From positions 178,624,001 through 178,688,000 of the forward strand of contig CM059425.1 in the NCBI GenBank assembly GCA_030390025.1: a stretch of 64,000 nucleotides of DNA. Reading direction: 5' to 3'. The position numbers and the translations under genes are program-made. Each line of letters begins with the position of its first letter. The stretch's first letter is position 1. The notes below the pieces were generated by a model that made no database searches, was not told the DNA's origin, and was given only the letters and a program-made list of their open reading frames with translations. This document shows, one piece after another, positions 1-12,664 of the stretch. This DNA is from Squalus acanthias (lineage: Eukaryota).

Positions 1-144
1 TCACATCTGAACACAATACTGTCTGATCTGCCTTGTGATGTAATATAAGGCCAACTACATACGACAATAGTCAGTCTCATAAGTTGATACAATTTTGCCC
101 ATGTGATATGATTTTTGTAATAAAAGCAGTAGTTGTTGTAACGA

Positions 145-807
145 CAATGACTATCTCCAACAAGCAAGAGTCTAACCACTTCCCCTTGACATTCAATGGC
201 ATTACCATCGCTGAATCTCCCACTATCAACATCCTGGGGGGTCACCATTAACCAGAAACTCAACTGGACCAGCCACATAAATACTGTGGCAACAAGAGCA
301 GGTCAGAGGCTAGGTATTCTGTGGCGAGTGTCTCACCTCCTGACTCCCCAAAGCCGTTCCACCATCTACAAGGCACAAGTAAGGAGTGTGATGGAATACT
401 CTCCACTTGCCTGGATGAGTGCAGCTGCAACAACACTCAAGAAGCTCGACACCATACAGGACAAAGCAGCCCGCTTGATTGGCACCCCATCCACCACCTT
501 AAACATTCACTCCCTCCACCACCGGTGTACTGTGGCTGCAGTGTGTACCATCTACGAGATGCACTGCAGCAACTCGCCAAGGCTTCTTCAGCAGCACCTC
601 CCAAACCCACGACCTCTTCCACCTAGAAGGACAAGGGCAGCAGACGCATGGGAACACCACCACCTCCAAATCACACACCATCCTGACTTAGAAGTATATT
701 GCCGATCCTTCATTGTCGCTGGCTCAAAATCCTGGAACTCCCTACCTAACAGCACTGTGGGAGTACCTTCTCCACATGGACTACAGCAGTTCAAGAAGGC
801 GGTTCAC
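145..807 (+). mobile_element. CR1-group non-LTR retrotransposon fragment (RT C-terminus)
   Basis: ORF 196-825 reads WTSHINTVATRAGQRLGIL...IYKAQVRSVMEYSPLAW...WNSLP; near-identical to the copy at 58855-60135. Confidence 0.85.
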
Positions 808-1580
808 AAAGTCCTACCCCAGTGAATGCAGCATGGCTGGTGGAAGGATGCTGACTTTCAGTGGGGGAGACTGCAGATGGCCTTACAGGACAACCTCGAT
901 CAGCTCTGGGCCTAGAAGGCCCAGCTGTAGATTTCACCACCTCAGCATGTGCAGCATCAGTCTGCGCTGGCTGGATGACAGGCAACTGCAGTGGCACTGA
1001 CGGAGAGGCAGTGGTGGGAGTACGAATGCTGTCATCCTGAGACAGGACAGCAGGCTTTTGGCCCACTGAGCCACTGCCACTCCCCTGGGGCGGTGCCTCA
1101 GCATCATTAGCCATCTGTTGGGGGTCAGATTGCTGGAGTGCTGTAAGACCTTGCAAGCCTCTTTCCACACTCGTAAACCCAGCCATGATGGCAACAGCCT
1201 GAGCTTTGACGGCTTGAGCGATTTCCTCCCACAGCCTTCTGGTGTTCAGCCTTGCAGGCCTCCTGCCCCCTGTGGATAGAGGACCTCATGGTGTCTTTGT
1301 ACCCCCAGGACCAAGGGCTCCAGAGCTGCATCCAAAAATCTCCTTGCCCTTTCTTTTGGCTGTTGGGCCATGGCTCTGTTTACAACTGCACCTGATATTG
1401 GCCGCCCTGTTCAGTGCTAAGCCAATCAGCAGCATGTTCAGCATTGAGATCAGTGCTGCAATCATTATGAACAGCCAGCACGACTTTTGCGTGCTGCCTG
1501 CTCCACTTTGAATGGGCGTGGACACATAGCTCTGCGCGATGCCTGCGCCCATTTTCAGGCATTATCCAATTTCTAGGCCC
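808..1580 (-). mobile_element. Degenerate Harbinger derivative (Myb/SANT gene remnants)
   Basis: Minus strand 1345-1195 reads RFLDAALEPLVLGVQRHHEVLYP / RRLWEEIAQAV, matching the Myb N-terminus at 17580; low-complexity C-terminal-like ORF 791-1186; TIR-like end AATTTCTAGGCCC. Confidence 0.65.
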
Positions 1581-2437
1581 AAATGTTAAGAGTGGCCCCC
1601 TCAGCTTCACCTCCTCTGACACCAGTGCCCAAGTAAGGTGCAGTTAGAGGTTTACCCCTTACTAGGTCCTATGGGATCTCCTATCCAAGGTCATGACCCA
1701 GCACATCTGAGTCCAAGTGGAGTTTGCAGCCATTTCAATAGGAATAGACTGCGCAATTTTGGTTCCAAGATTTTCAATAATATAGATTATTACACTCGAA
1801 ATTGGAAATAATATTGTTCTGGGCAGGATAGAATTTCAATTCCCCTAGAGTAAGTAAGTAATTTAGCTCGATAAAAATATAATAAGGCAATAGGTTTTTT
1901 TATTGTGTAATTCTCACATCTTCACCTGAATCTGTTCACGGTTCTATTAAGTTAGAAATTTGGCTGGGGGACTTGTTAGTCCCATTTCTATAACTGCAGA
2001 AACCAGATTATTATGTAAAATGAAGATAGCTGATTTTACAGTTGAATGAAAATGCAATTTTCTGCACAATTGTACATTAAGGATTAATCTAAATTCAAAA
2101 AGAATGATTTTAGTTTGACCTTTAAATTAAAACTCTTACTAAGTAAAGCCTGGATTTATTTACATTTTGAGACCTGAGTCTGAATGACTCATATGGAACT
2201 GTCTGTGCTGAATTTCAAGTCCTTTACTGGCCAGAAGGTATTTTAGTTTTATAGTTGATCTTATTCTTAATTATTTGCATGGGCTTTGAACATAATTAAC
2301 ACTATTATTTTCTAAATATGAATCGGGCTAGTCCTTGGGCACTACTATGAGTAGTTGCTAGTTGTTTGTTGTAGGATGAACAGTGCAACCAGAATTGCTC
2401 TATTTTAATGTTTGTAGTGTCACCATCTGGACAGTCT

Positions 2438-2619
2438 GGGGGTAATTTTGCCTTTTGGTGATAGTGTAAAGTGGGCAAAATCAGATTGTCCACCTGTTAT
2501 AACCTCTCCCGTTTATGATGCCATTGAAGTCAATGGAAATGAAAATCAGGAGAGATGTACAATGGGTAGTTGATCCAATATCCCCCATTTTACACTATCA
2601 GCCACAGTAAAATTTCCCC
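2438..2619. mobile_element. Small palindromic MITE (Harbinger-like)
   Basis: Ends GGGGGTAATTTT / AAAATTTCCCC, central CCATTGAAGTCAATGG palindrome; relatives at 9239, 11184, 11337, 11770. Confidence 0.6.
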
Positions 2620-2761
2620 TGTGTTTTTCATGCCATCTCAAAACCACGATGTAAGTTTTCGCTGTTGGGGGTTACAATGCTGTTCGTTCATCTCTAGAGC
2701 CTGGGATCAAATTGAGCATGGAAATATAGGATGGCTAAAGTAAAAGGAGATTAGTTAGGGG

Positions 2762-2877
2762 CAACGTTCCCCCTAAGGTGCACAGCCACAGGCCGCTCAC
2801 TAGCTGCTGCCGCTGGACGAGACGCCACGCAGCAAATTTAAAGGGACCACGCATAAAAAAAATTAGAGGGAACATTG
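2762..2877. mobile_element. 116-bp hAT-type MITE
   Basis: TIRs CAACGTTCCCCCTAA / TTAGAGGGAACATTG; perfect 8-bp TSD GTTAGGGG (2754-2761, 2878-2885). Confidence 0.85.
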
Positions 2878-3494
2878 GTTAGGGGATGAATCTCTTAGGG
2901 GCTCCACCCGCTTCACTACCATAACTTCGTCAGAAAACCTCTTTACACGTGTAAGTGGGGTTTCCACTGAAGTTATGGTGGCGGAGTGCGAGAAGCCCCC
3001 AAGTCTAAGCCTACGGGAAGATTTTAAACCCTTCCCATCCGGCAGAAACCAGTTAGGCAGGCAGTTAAAATCACCCATGGGACTTACCCATCGAGGTCCT
3101 GCTGTCATCCTGCGGGTTCCAATTCTGTTCTGAGCATGCAAGTGGGAAGCCCGCCAGAAGCTGGAAAGTCTTGGATGCACTTGGGCTTTGCAGAGAGTTC
3201 AGAGTTACGAGGAGAAAAGAAGTGCTCGGCAGAGAAAAGGAAATCAAGCTTTTTGGAGGCACCTTCAGTGCAATGACAGGCAAATGGAATTACAATACAT
3301 AGCTATAGTTTAAGAGCTAGCACCGGCACACATGAGATGGGCCAAATGGTCATCTTCTGTGTTGTGATTTCTCAATTTCATTTGGACCAACACCTGGGTT
3401 ACTCACATACATTTTGGGAGCCAATTCAAGTGTGAGATTGGCAAACGACCAAATGCAGAACACATCCTTGCTTCCCCCGCCCACCCTTATTTTG

Positions 3495-3856
3495 TCCCTT
3501 TTCCTCTCTTCCTGTCTTGAAGGTGCTGACACCTACTGAGGCATAGTTTCTAGGGTGCTGTCAGCCTTCTGGTACCTTTGATAAGTGGCAATATTTTGTG
3601 TAACCCTAGATAGTAAATGTTGGCAGGCTGTTCGACTGTGGGGAAAGGGGATCACAACCCAGCCCAATCCTGTTCTCACCCAATGTCCACACATATGCAC
3701 TTTCGAGCAGTATCAGTGAATAGTGATCAGGAAGGAGAACCAGAGTTGAATTTTGCTCACTATAGCCTACGGATACTGAGGACAATTGTGCATCCAATCA
3801 TCACCCTAAGGTTAGCTAGTTCAGCACAGACTAGAGGTCAAACCGAGCAAGATTGA
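3495..3856 (-). mobile_element. tRNA-derived SINE-like repeat (unnamed family)
   Basis: Homologous to 5320-5490, 14300-14430, 36672-37063, 50530-52718, 61310-61660; the 14300 copy has a B-box-like GGGTTCGATCCC. Confidence 0.6.
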
Positions 3857-5319
3857 AATTTTACAAGCCACCTTCTATATATTTATCACAATATAATATT
3901 TCATACTTGCTTGTAGCAATGTACACCACACATCTGAAATAAGAACCAGGTAGTGCTATATTTAGCCGTTATATGTTTCCTAGCTACTATTTTAAGAACC
4001 AGTTTCATTGTACTCAGCACGATCATTCCCAGTTTCCTGTCTTCACAGCAGGTAGTCAGTCAGTCAGCTGTTGTCCATTTAGAAATTTTTTTTTGTTTTT
4101 CTTTTATTCATTCATCTGCTTTTTATTCTTTATTTTTGTTGTACCATTTTTCATCTTCTATTTTGTTTTATCTCCCTACATAGCTGACTAATTGCCATGA
4201 AGACAGCAAACTGGAAATGTAATGTGGAATACAATGAAACCAGTTCTTCCAAATTAGCACTACCTGTTTCTTATTTCAGAGGTGTGGTGCGGATTGTGCT
4301 AAGAAAGCATGAAGTCTCGTATTGTGATAAATACATGGAAGGTAGCTTGATGAATTTTAGCAATGTTGGCAAAGTATAGAAATTCAGAACTATTCAAATA
4401 TCTGGGCGAAGAGACAAAGACTTTCAGAGCTTTAGCCAATGAATTTTCAGAGTCAGAAACTCCTTTTTAACAGCAGCTCTAAAACAGGCCCATCTCCTTA
4501 CATTTTGAGGTGGCACCACTTTTGGTTCTAACTGAAATTGCCATTGGCTCTGGAAGCCAAACAGAAGATTACTGAATGAGACCTAACACATTAGAACACA
4601 TAGTTGGAACCAAGTTCCTCTTCACATTTGGAGTTGATGCCACCTGGCAGTCTTATTCCAAGTGTAAATAAGCAATCACATAGGGCATTGGGACAGTATA
4701 TAAATTCTTAACAATAATCACCAGGACATCCCAGTAATACACGTCAGACCCAAACAGTGGAAATGATTAACTTGAACGTGGTGGGACAATTGATTTTGGA
4801 GCCAAATCTGGCTCATGTGTGGATTAATTTGCCCACCAGTTATCTGAGGCTTGGTTTGGTATTGTTGCAACTCCAAGGGGCAGTATGTCTTCATAAAGCA
4901 GAAGCAATAGTTCTGGTTGCACTATAGGCACTGTGGTCATTATATTGGCTAATGACAATAATTTAGGATGCTAAGATTTGCCAGGAACTTCCTCACAGCT
5001 AAATATTGTAGAAAGGACAGTGTAAGTGAAAGAATTTGGGAGATATTTTCCTATTCTTGTGCCTGGGTGAATTGGTTTGGCTGGTGCAGTAACCCTGTAA
5101 CCTGATTTTCTGCCCAGGTGCAGGAACAGGAAAATCTGCCCCACTGTCTTTTTCAGCCCTCAGCAACATTCTCAGCTTTTTGAAGTAGAAATGATTCTGC
5201 ATTTGACTTACTCTGTACCTTTCACTTTGCTTCAACCGCTTCAGCCAATCAGGTGCCAAAGTACATAGCATAAAGTTCATTAAAGCAAAGTATTCAATGT
5301 ATAGGATTCCCCGCTGAAT

Positions 5320-5490
5320 CACTGATTAATGCACTGGGTCATATTGTACTGAGCCATACAGACCACAAGATCCCAGGCATGTGCTGATTTAGCTGATCTG
5401 AACATGACAGTAAGGGTCCTCAGAACTCCTAGGCTAGGGAAGGGCAAACTGGCTAAGGTTCCTGCTCCAGATTATTATCCAGTTACCCTT
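5320..5490 (+). mobile_element. SINE-like repeat fragment (same unnamed family)
   Basis: CTGAGCCATACAGACC...GCTGATCT...GGCTAGGGAAGGG...GGTTCCTGCTCC shared with other copies. Confidence 0.55.
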
Positions 5491-6269
5491 ATTTGGTTGA
5501 TTGAAATATATCAGACAGTAACACATTGCTTTCCCTTCAATTATGCACACCAGTTTCTTAATATAGCTTTTGCTTAGAAGTAACGATTACAATTGAAACA
5601 CAAGAGATAACTGGATAATTCATTTGTGGATAAGTACACTTAATCAGAATTTAGAATTACAAAGAAAGTGAATCTGCATTTATCTGAACACTGAGACTTC
5701 TAACAAAAAACTTTGTTTTATTACATCCAAATACTGCTCCCCCTCCAAATTACTTTTAACTTGGCTCTCTACAGTATTTTTTTTGTATATTCTTGCCCTC
5801 TGAGAAAGAAGAGAATGTTTTAATGTACTGAATGTGTTCCATGAGACAATATTTTTAACAATTCATAATACAATTAAAAAACTCATCCATGTTATGGATT
5901 CTGTGTAAGCACTGCCATTGTGTTGAAGCATGAAAATAAATGATTAAAGAGGAGGCAATGTATTGCCATTCAATATATTTTAATGAAACAAACATTTCTG
6001 TCCTGTGCCCCAATGCATCATATTTTGTGTGGTTGTGCTACTTAATGTTAAGTCTATATCCAATGACTAGTGAGTAAATCAGGATTTTCTCCATTCTCAT
6101 TGACCCATCATGCCCAAGTATTCTGCACTCCACAACTGGAATTCCCAAGTTCTCACCAATTATAACAGTTAAGTGGCTATTTAGTCGTTTAAGAAGTGTT
6201 AAACAATCATTATTACAGATACGTCCTGATTAATCATTTCTTTGTCATGTCTGATGGTGAAATCATGTT

Positions 6270-6990
6270 ATAGAATGTTACAGCCTACTTGAACAAGTCT
6301 GTGCTGTTTTTTTACTCCATGTGATCCACTTAATCTAATTACACTCTTCTGTTTCCTCCCCATATCCTCTGATATTCTACTTGTTCAAGGAACTAGCTAA
6401 TTCCCTTATACAATACTTCTGGACTGTCACTCAACAGAATTCCGCATTCTAACCACCCTCTTTCTAAAGATTTTTTCTAACCTCCCCTTTACTTTTTGCA
6501 ACTTTTTTCAATTTGGACCCTCTTTTACCATCTCACTGTTCCAATGAATCCAACCTATTATTCACCTTGTCATAACTTGAAGCCCTCAATCAGGGCACCC
6601 TTCAATCTTCTGAGCTGCAGTAAAAAATAACTTCTCAAGTCTCTCTGGAGTTGTCCAAAAATAAATCCCTGTGAAACACCACTCACCATATTTTCCTAGT
6701 CTGAGAAACTTTCCTTTACTCCAACTTTTTTCTTTCTGCCAACCAGCCATCTCTCTATCCATGAGGCCATATCTGGATGAAACTTTGATAGTTTTTCTGA
6801 ACTAATTTCTGATTGAGGCAACTTTCAGAGCAATGACACCAATAGATGAATGGTCCATTTTCATGTTCTACCTACAATGCATCGCTATATGCATCTACCA
6901 TTTTGCTAAAATTAGCGAAGAGAGAAAAATATAGCTCCTTATCCAGAACAGGAAGGGGGTTTCTAAAGGATTCTGGTGCCATTTTCTTGA
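6270..6990 (-). mobile_element. Old degenerate CR1 fragments
   Basis: CR1 3' tail-like TAGAATGTTACAGC and GAATTCCGCATTCTAACCACCCTC; weak RT-like remnants downstream. Confidence 0.45.
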
Positions 6991-9238
6991 GTTTTTTTAA
7001 ATCCTGCTTTATTATGAGCAAAGTAGGAGGAATGATTCCTTCAGCTTGCAGCATCAGATTGCATGGCCTCTTTTTTTTCCTCACTCTCCAATGCTAAAAT
7101 GGTGGTGGCAGTATGTAAACTTGCCAAAAATGTGTGTAAACTGACAATTACACATTGATTCATTGCTACTTAATAGTGTATACTGGACAGACTGATACCA
7201 ACATTAGCACTAATGGCAGCACTAATAGTGATTATCAGATTGTGCTGCTGTAGTTGAACTGAAATCCATTTTAATCATTTGAGTTAAACAAAGGCTCCAT
7301 TTAATTAAGTGGAAGTAGGTTGCTTGCATGAAACTGCTCATTAAAATTTACATCTCCCTTTGTTCCTCCTTTCACATACACACACACGCAATTTGTTAAA
7401 ATTCAGACCAAGTTTTTCTTCTTCTGCTAAACGGTTTGCCAAAAGGTTTGGAATTTCCATATTTATATAATGAGTCCTTTAAGGTTTTTACAGTGTTTTT
7501 CTTAGTCAGTTTCCATTTCTACTGTTGGCTTTGTTTCCTCTTAACAATTCCTAAATCTTTTTCATCAACTCAGCAAAGGTTGTGTCCTTTTGCTAAGATC
7601 TTTTATTGCAATTTGCATAATAACTATTACAATACATTTTGAAGCATGAATGAAAACCATTACTTAAAATCTATATTGCATCCTGGGGAGTGGGACTCAA
7701 GAGTGAATGACCTCCGAGGTCATGAGCAAACAAGTTGATTGAATAATGCCGCTTCTGCGGAAATCTAAGCCCCCATTTTAACCCTGCCCACCCGGTGGGA
7801 AGAGTGTGGGCGAGAGGGCAAAATGGTGGGCCCGTGCTATGCACTGCATTTTTACCAGACTAGTGCTGGCTCTAGATGCAGATTAAAGTAGTAGCCACTG
7901 AGTTATGATAGTAGGTTTGTTTTGGTGTTTAGGATTTGTGTTGCTTCAGCACTGTATTCCAGTTGTGTGACTAAACTGTGTCTGCAACCTCAGACATGGC
8001 ATTAAACCTCACGTGCAAAAGTCTCCCCATTTTTAGGAGTGTGTAACAGGATTTCCCATGGCATATTTCAGAAATGGGAAAACATTCAACAACTTCCAAC
8101 CACCGGTATAAACCTAACAAGTATTTAAGGTGACTATGCTCTGGATAGCAACCTAAATTTTCCAAGTCTGCAGCAGTGGCAGCAAGGTATTGGAAAAATG
8201 ACCTATAAAAATGTATCTCCTGTGATCTTGGACTTGCATATATATTCTACTCAGGGCAGATGGTGATTCTGCCCCAAAGTGGTCCCACCCGGACACTGGA
8301 ACGGTAGTCTGGGCCTCAGTGTACCCAGATTCTGATCACCTTTCTGGCCCCTCCACTGCATTCCTGGTGCATTTAAGCTGGGAGTGTGTCCAAACTCCCG
8401 GCAGACTTTCAGGGCAATTAAAGCTTCACTAAAAGAAATTTAAACCAACCTCAGTAACACAGCCTATAGTGTGTGGAATAAAATGTTAAAAGGTTAAATA
8501 TAACTATGCCATCACCTGGGCTCTGTATTTAAATCTGCATGGGTGCAGCTGTGCAGGTGTACTGCAGACTCTCAGTGGGGCAGTGCTGTGGCCACAGAAT
8601 TGGATCTTTTGTGCATATCAAGTGAAAGCAAGTATTAGTTCACAATTATTTTATTTTAAAAGGTAATGGTTTTTAGTGAATGGTATGTTTACACAGTGAG
8701 TGACACAGGGAAAGGTGCAAGCAGTATAGATGCACCAAGTAGCTCAGGGAAATGCAGAGGTTAAAATTGTAGGAGAAAAGGGAATACTGCACAATTCTGA
8801 AAGCAGTCTGTGGTGGCATTTGTTCGAAGCTGTTCCCACATGAAATCAACCCCTCAAGCAGGTCTTATTTTTACCAGCTTTGATTCAGTACTCATAAATC
8901 AGTACTCATAAATCAGTCAAGGTTTATTGCAGTTAGGAACCTGGATCTCAGTCACTTTCAGATGTAATCTGCCTTCTATAACACAACCTATCTGTAATAA
9001 TAAGTTTCCTTCCAAAGAGTTTCAGAAAATGAATCTTGAGTCACAACTTTTATTTATTTGTCAATTATCACCTTCATCCAGATGACCTCTCTATTCAGCT
9101 CTGCCTTTTTGAAGGGCACATTCCTTATGGAAAACATGTCAACACAGTGTAATTTCAAGAGCAATGTATATTTAAATCTTTTACTGCTTATCAACCATGT
9201 AGTAAGCTTATTTTTTATTTTAAATTGTCAAAGTCATA

Positions 9239-9957
9239 GGGAGTAATTTTAACTTTGGACGATGGAGTAAAACATGTAATATCAGCAGCCGCCCGTTATA
9301 CACCACACCTTATGGACAGACTGTATTATGGACAGTCGACCTGTTATACACCCACCTTATGGACAGACTGTATTATGGACAGTCGATCTGTTATACACCA
9401 CACCTTATGGACAGATTGTATTATGGACAGTCGACCTGTTATACACCACACCTTATGGACGGATTGTATTATGGACAGTCGATCTGTTATACACCCACTT
9501 TATGGACAGACTGTATTATGGACAGTCGATCTGTTATACACCACACCTTATGGACAGACTATATTATGGACAGTCGACCTGTTATACACCACACCTTATG
9601 GACGGATTGTATTATGGACAGTCGATCTGTTATACACCACACCTTATGGACAGACTGTATTATGGACAGTCGATCTGTTATACACCCACTTTATGGACAG
9701 ACTGTATTATGGACAGTCGATCTGTTATACACCACACCTTATGGACAGACTGTATTATGGACAGTCGATCTGTTATACACCCACTTTATGGACAGACTGT
9801 ATTATGGACAGTCGATCTGTTATACACCCACTTTATGGACAGACTGTATTATGGACAGTCGATCTGTTATACACCCACTTTATGGACAGACTGTATTATG
9901 GACAGTCAATCTGATATTGCCCGTTTTACGTAGTCACTATAAGTTAAAATTATCCCC
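9239..9957. mobile_element. Harbinger-like MITE hosting a minisatellite
   Basis: TIRs GGGAGTAATTTTTAACTT / AAGTTAAAATTATCCCC, 3-bp TSD ATA on both sides. Confidence 0.75.
9294..9912 (+). repeat. Minisatellite, about 13 copies of a 47/48-bp unit
   Basis: Unit TGTTATACACCACACC-TTATGGACAG-ACTGTA-TTATGGACAG-TCGATC with a 47-bp variant (ACACCCACT). Confidence 0.95.
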
Positions 9958-11183
9958 ATAGTAAAAAGATAAAATTGTAGACAACTGAATAGTTTTAGGC
10001 CCAGTGAAGTGTAGGTTGTAATGCATTCTTCTGATAGTGACTCATATATCTCCCTGTTCTTTAGGAGCAGGTGACATATTGACCAAACAGCTGATAGTCA
10101 AAGAAATGCCAAAAATGACCGTTTGTGACCAGTGTGCAATAAACGCTCTGAGTAAAATGCCACTGTCCCTTTCAGTTTTCATACCAACTGCTGCAGAGAA
10201 ATGTTATGACACAGGAGCTGTTCTCATTATTGGGGGCTGAAACAAATGCTGCAATGAACCTGGTATGTGACAATCATCTGGTTTAAAAACAATTTGCAGG
10301 ATGAAAGCGAGGGTTGTTTTGATTCTCTTTTGCAAAATGGGGTCACGCAGTGAAGATCAAGGAGTTAAAGGCCAACTCCAGCTCATCCATTTTCTAGCCT
10401 GTCTCGACAGCCCAGAACCTGCTGATTATCTGCTATGGTACATGGTCAGTTTGAGGGTATATTTTCTCAGTCACAGATTGATTTCCTGAATGTATGTTCA
10501 TTGTTTTATTACATGCTCATGTTCATGTTTTATCGAGGAAATGGCTTGCTCTGTACCAAAACAAAACTTGTGCATGTATGAAAACAGACCAAAATCTAGG
10601 ATTTGAAAGTGCAATTAAAATCTATTAAGTGACCACACCAGTAGTGAATAGTATTTAAGATTTTGTAGTAACAATGAAAATTAAAGTCTGTCAGACTGCT
10701 ATTTGCAACTTCCTGCATTGTTTTCACCTCAAGTTTCAATTTCCAGTCCATGGAAGGGCAGGGAAGGTCATTGTTATGAGAAAAAATCTTACTTTACTCA
10801 GCGTGTGACAGACAACACAGTCAAAGTATAACCCTATAAAAGAAGAATACTATCCTGGCAGCCTGGCCTTTTTTAATGCAATAATTTTAATAGTTATTTT
10901 CTCACTCTTTTCTGATTTCCTTACCATGGTATATACCATTCGAACAGCCAAAGAGCAGCCAGCATGATCCCAGGCTTCTGAAAATGGTGATCTATAGCTG
11001 TCCACTATTGCTATGTAGGAATGAAAATATTAATGTAATTTAAATAAGTGGTTGGAATGTTTTACAAATATAGTTATTCATTATGACCTAGAACAGTCTG
11101 AATTATCTTTCACCTATGAATCTGTAATCTATACACCTAATCAGCAGAGACTTACAACATTTTATTTGCTCTGCCCAGACAAT

Positions 11184-11498
11184 GGGGGTAATTTAAACCT
11201 AATCCGCTGGACAGCAAAGGTGCAGGGGCTCGGGTCTGCCACCCATTTTACATCCCATCCGATTTTACTCTCCTTTGGCTTCAATGGAGAGTAAAATTGG
11301 GTGGAGTGTAAAACGGGAAGCCTACCCGATCCCTATGGTGGTCATTTTAACTTTTGGGAATACCGAATTGGTCGGCCATTATACGTCTCTCCTGATTTCC
11401 ATTTCTTTTGAAGTCAGTGAAGTATAACGAAATGTAACGGGAGAGGTGTCTAATGGATCAGCCATTTTACACTATTGCCAAAAGTTAAAAATACCCCC
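11184..11498. mobile_element. Two adjacent small palindromic MITEs
   Basis: GGGGGTAATTT start, TTCAATGG core; second copy GGTGGTCATTTTAACTTTTGG ... CCAAAAGTTAAAAATACCCCC. Confidence 0.55.
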
Positions 11499-11863
11499 TA
11501 TATTTCAAAACTCAATCTGCTCAACAATTTCTTTAAACACATTTTAGCCTTCACAAAACATCCTAGTCACTTAAGACAGTCAAAATTAAACATCTCAAAA
11601 TAAAATTTACTACCATGGAAGATGGCACACTGTTCATAAATACATCTTCGTGGCTTTTGAGTACATTTATTGATGTATTTTTAACTGCACACTTTAATAG
11701 GAAGATGCTATGGAAGTTTGATTTTGCTTCTGATAAATTTAACTAATATAGGCCAACAGCAGGGACACTGGGTGTAAAATTCCACTCTAACCATAGCGCA
11801 ACATGGGCGATAGTGAATTGGCTGCCCATTTTACACCCCGCATAATTTTCTTTTCCATTGTCA

Positions 11864-12262
11864 CTCCAGGGACTTGAGCGCAACATCTAACTGACACTCC
11901 AGTGCAGTACTGAGGGAGTGCTGCACTGTCAGAGGTGCCGTCTTTCAGATGAGACATTAAACCGAGGCCCCATCTGCCCTCTCAGGTGGACGTAAAAGAT
12001 CCCATGACACTATTTCAAAGAAGAGCAGGGGAGTTATCCCCGGTGTCCTGGCCAATATTTATCCCTCAACCAACATTTAAAAGCAAATTATGTGGTTATC
12101 AACACATTGCTGTTTGTGGGACCTTGCTGTGAGTAAATTGGCTGCCCTATTCCCTACATTACAACAGTGCCTACACTTCAAAAAGTACTTAATTGGCTGT
12201 AAAGCACTTTGGGACATCCTGAGGTTGTGAAAGGTGCTACATAAATGAAAATCTTTCTTCTT
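11864..12262 (+). mobile_element. DeuSINE (SacSINE1-like), 5'-truncated, with L2-type tail
   Basis: Deu-domain-like TCTTTCAGATGAGACATTAAACCGAGG...AAAGATCCCATG...CCCCGGTGTCCTGGCCAA; tail AAAGGTGCTACATAAATG; 7-bp TSD ATTGTCA; inserted into a MITE. Confidence 0.8.
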
Positions 12263-12664
12263 ATTGTCAATGGAAACTCGGAGGCTACACTCGGAGGTTG
12301 CAAAGATGAAGAGGGAGTGCTGTGATGTGGAAGTGGGAATGACTGCACATCTTTGCTGAAAGAACTTGAAAATTGGTTTTAAAAAGATCTCCTTAGAGAT
12401 GGTGCAGTAAGTGCATTTTGATTGGTGTCCTTTGGCGCTGCAGGGAGATAAATAAATAAAAGCGCAGTTACATAAATAATTAAATCTCTTCATGTAATAT
12501 GTGGGACCAGCTCTTTAACATTACACACTCTTGTCTAGAAATTCGATCATGCCCGAAATTCGGTGTGCAGGTGGCGGGGTGTGTACTGCACACACCTGTT
12601 CACGTGGTCACAGACAGCATGGTAAATGTGTGCTGGGACCTCATTAAAATGATTCAGGCGTGAG

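Noticed and set aside
3953..4191. Hydrophobic membrane-like ORFs
   Set aside because: T-rich low-complexity sequence
4280..4345. Possible small exon after TTATTTCAG
   Set aside because: Weak donor, no recognisable peptide, no partner exons
9255..9961. CRISPR-like array, or three 200-aa ORFs
   Set aside because: No unique spacers and no cas genes; the ORFs arise because the tandem unit lacks stops on this strand
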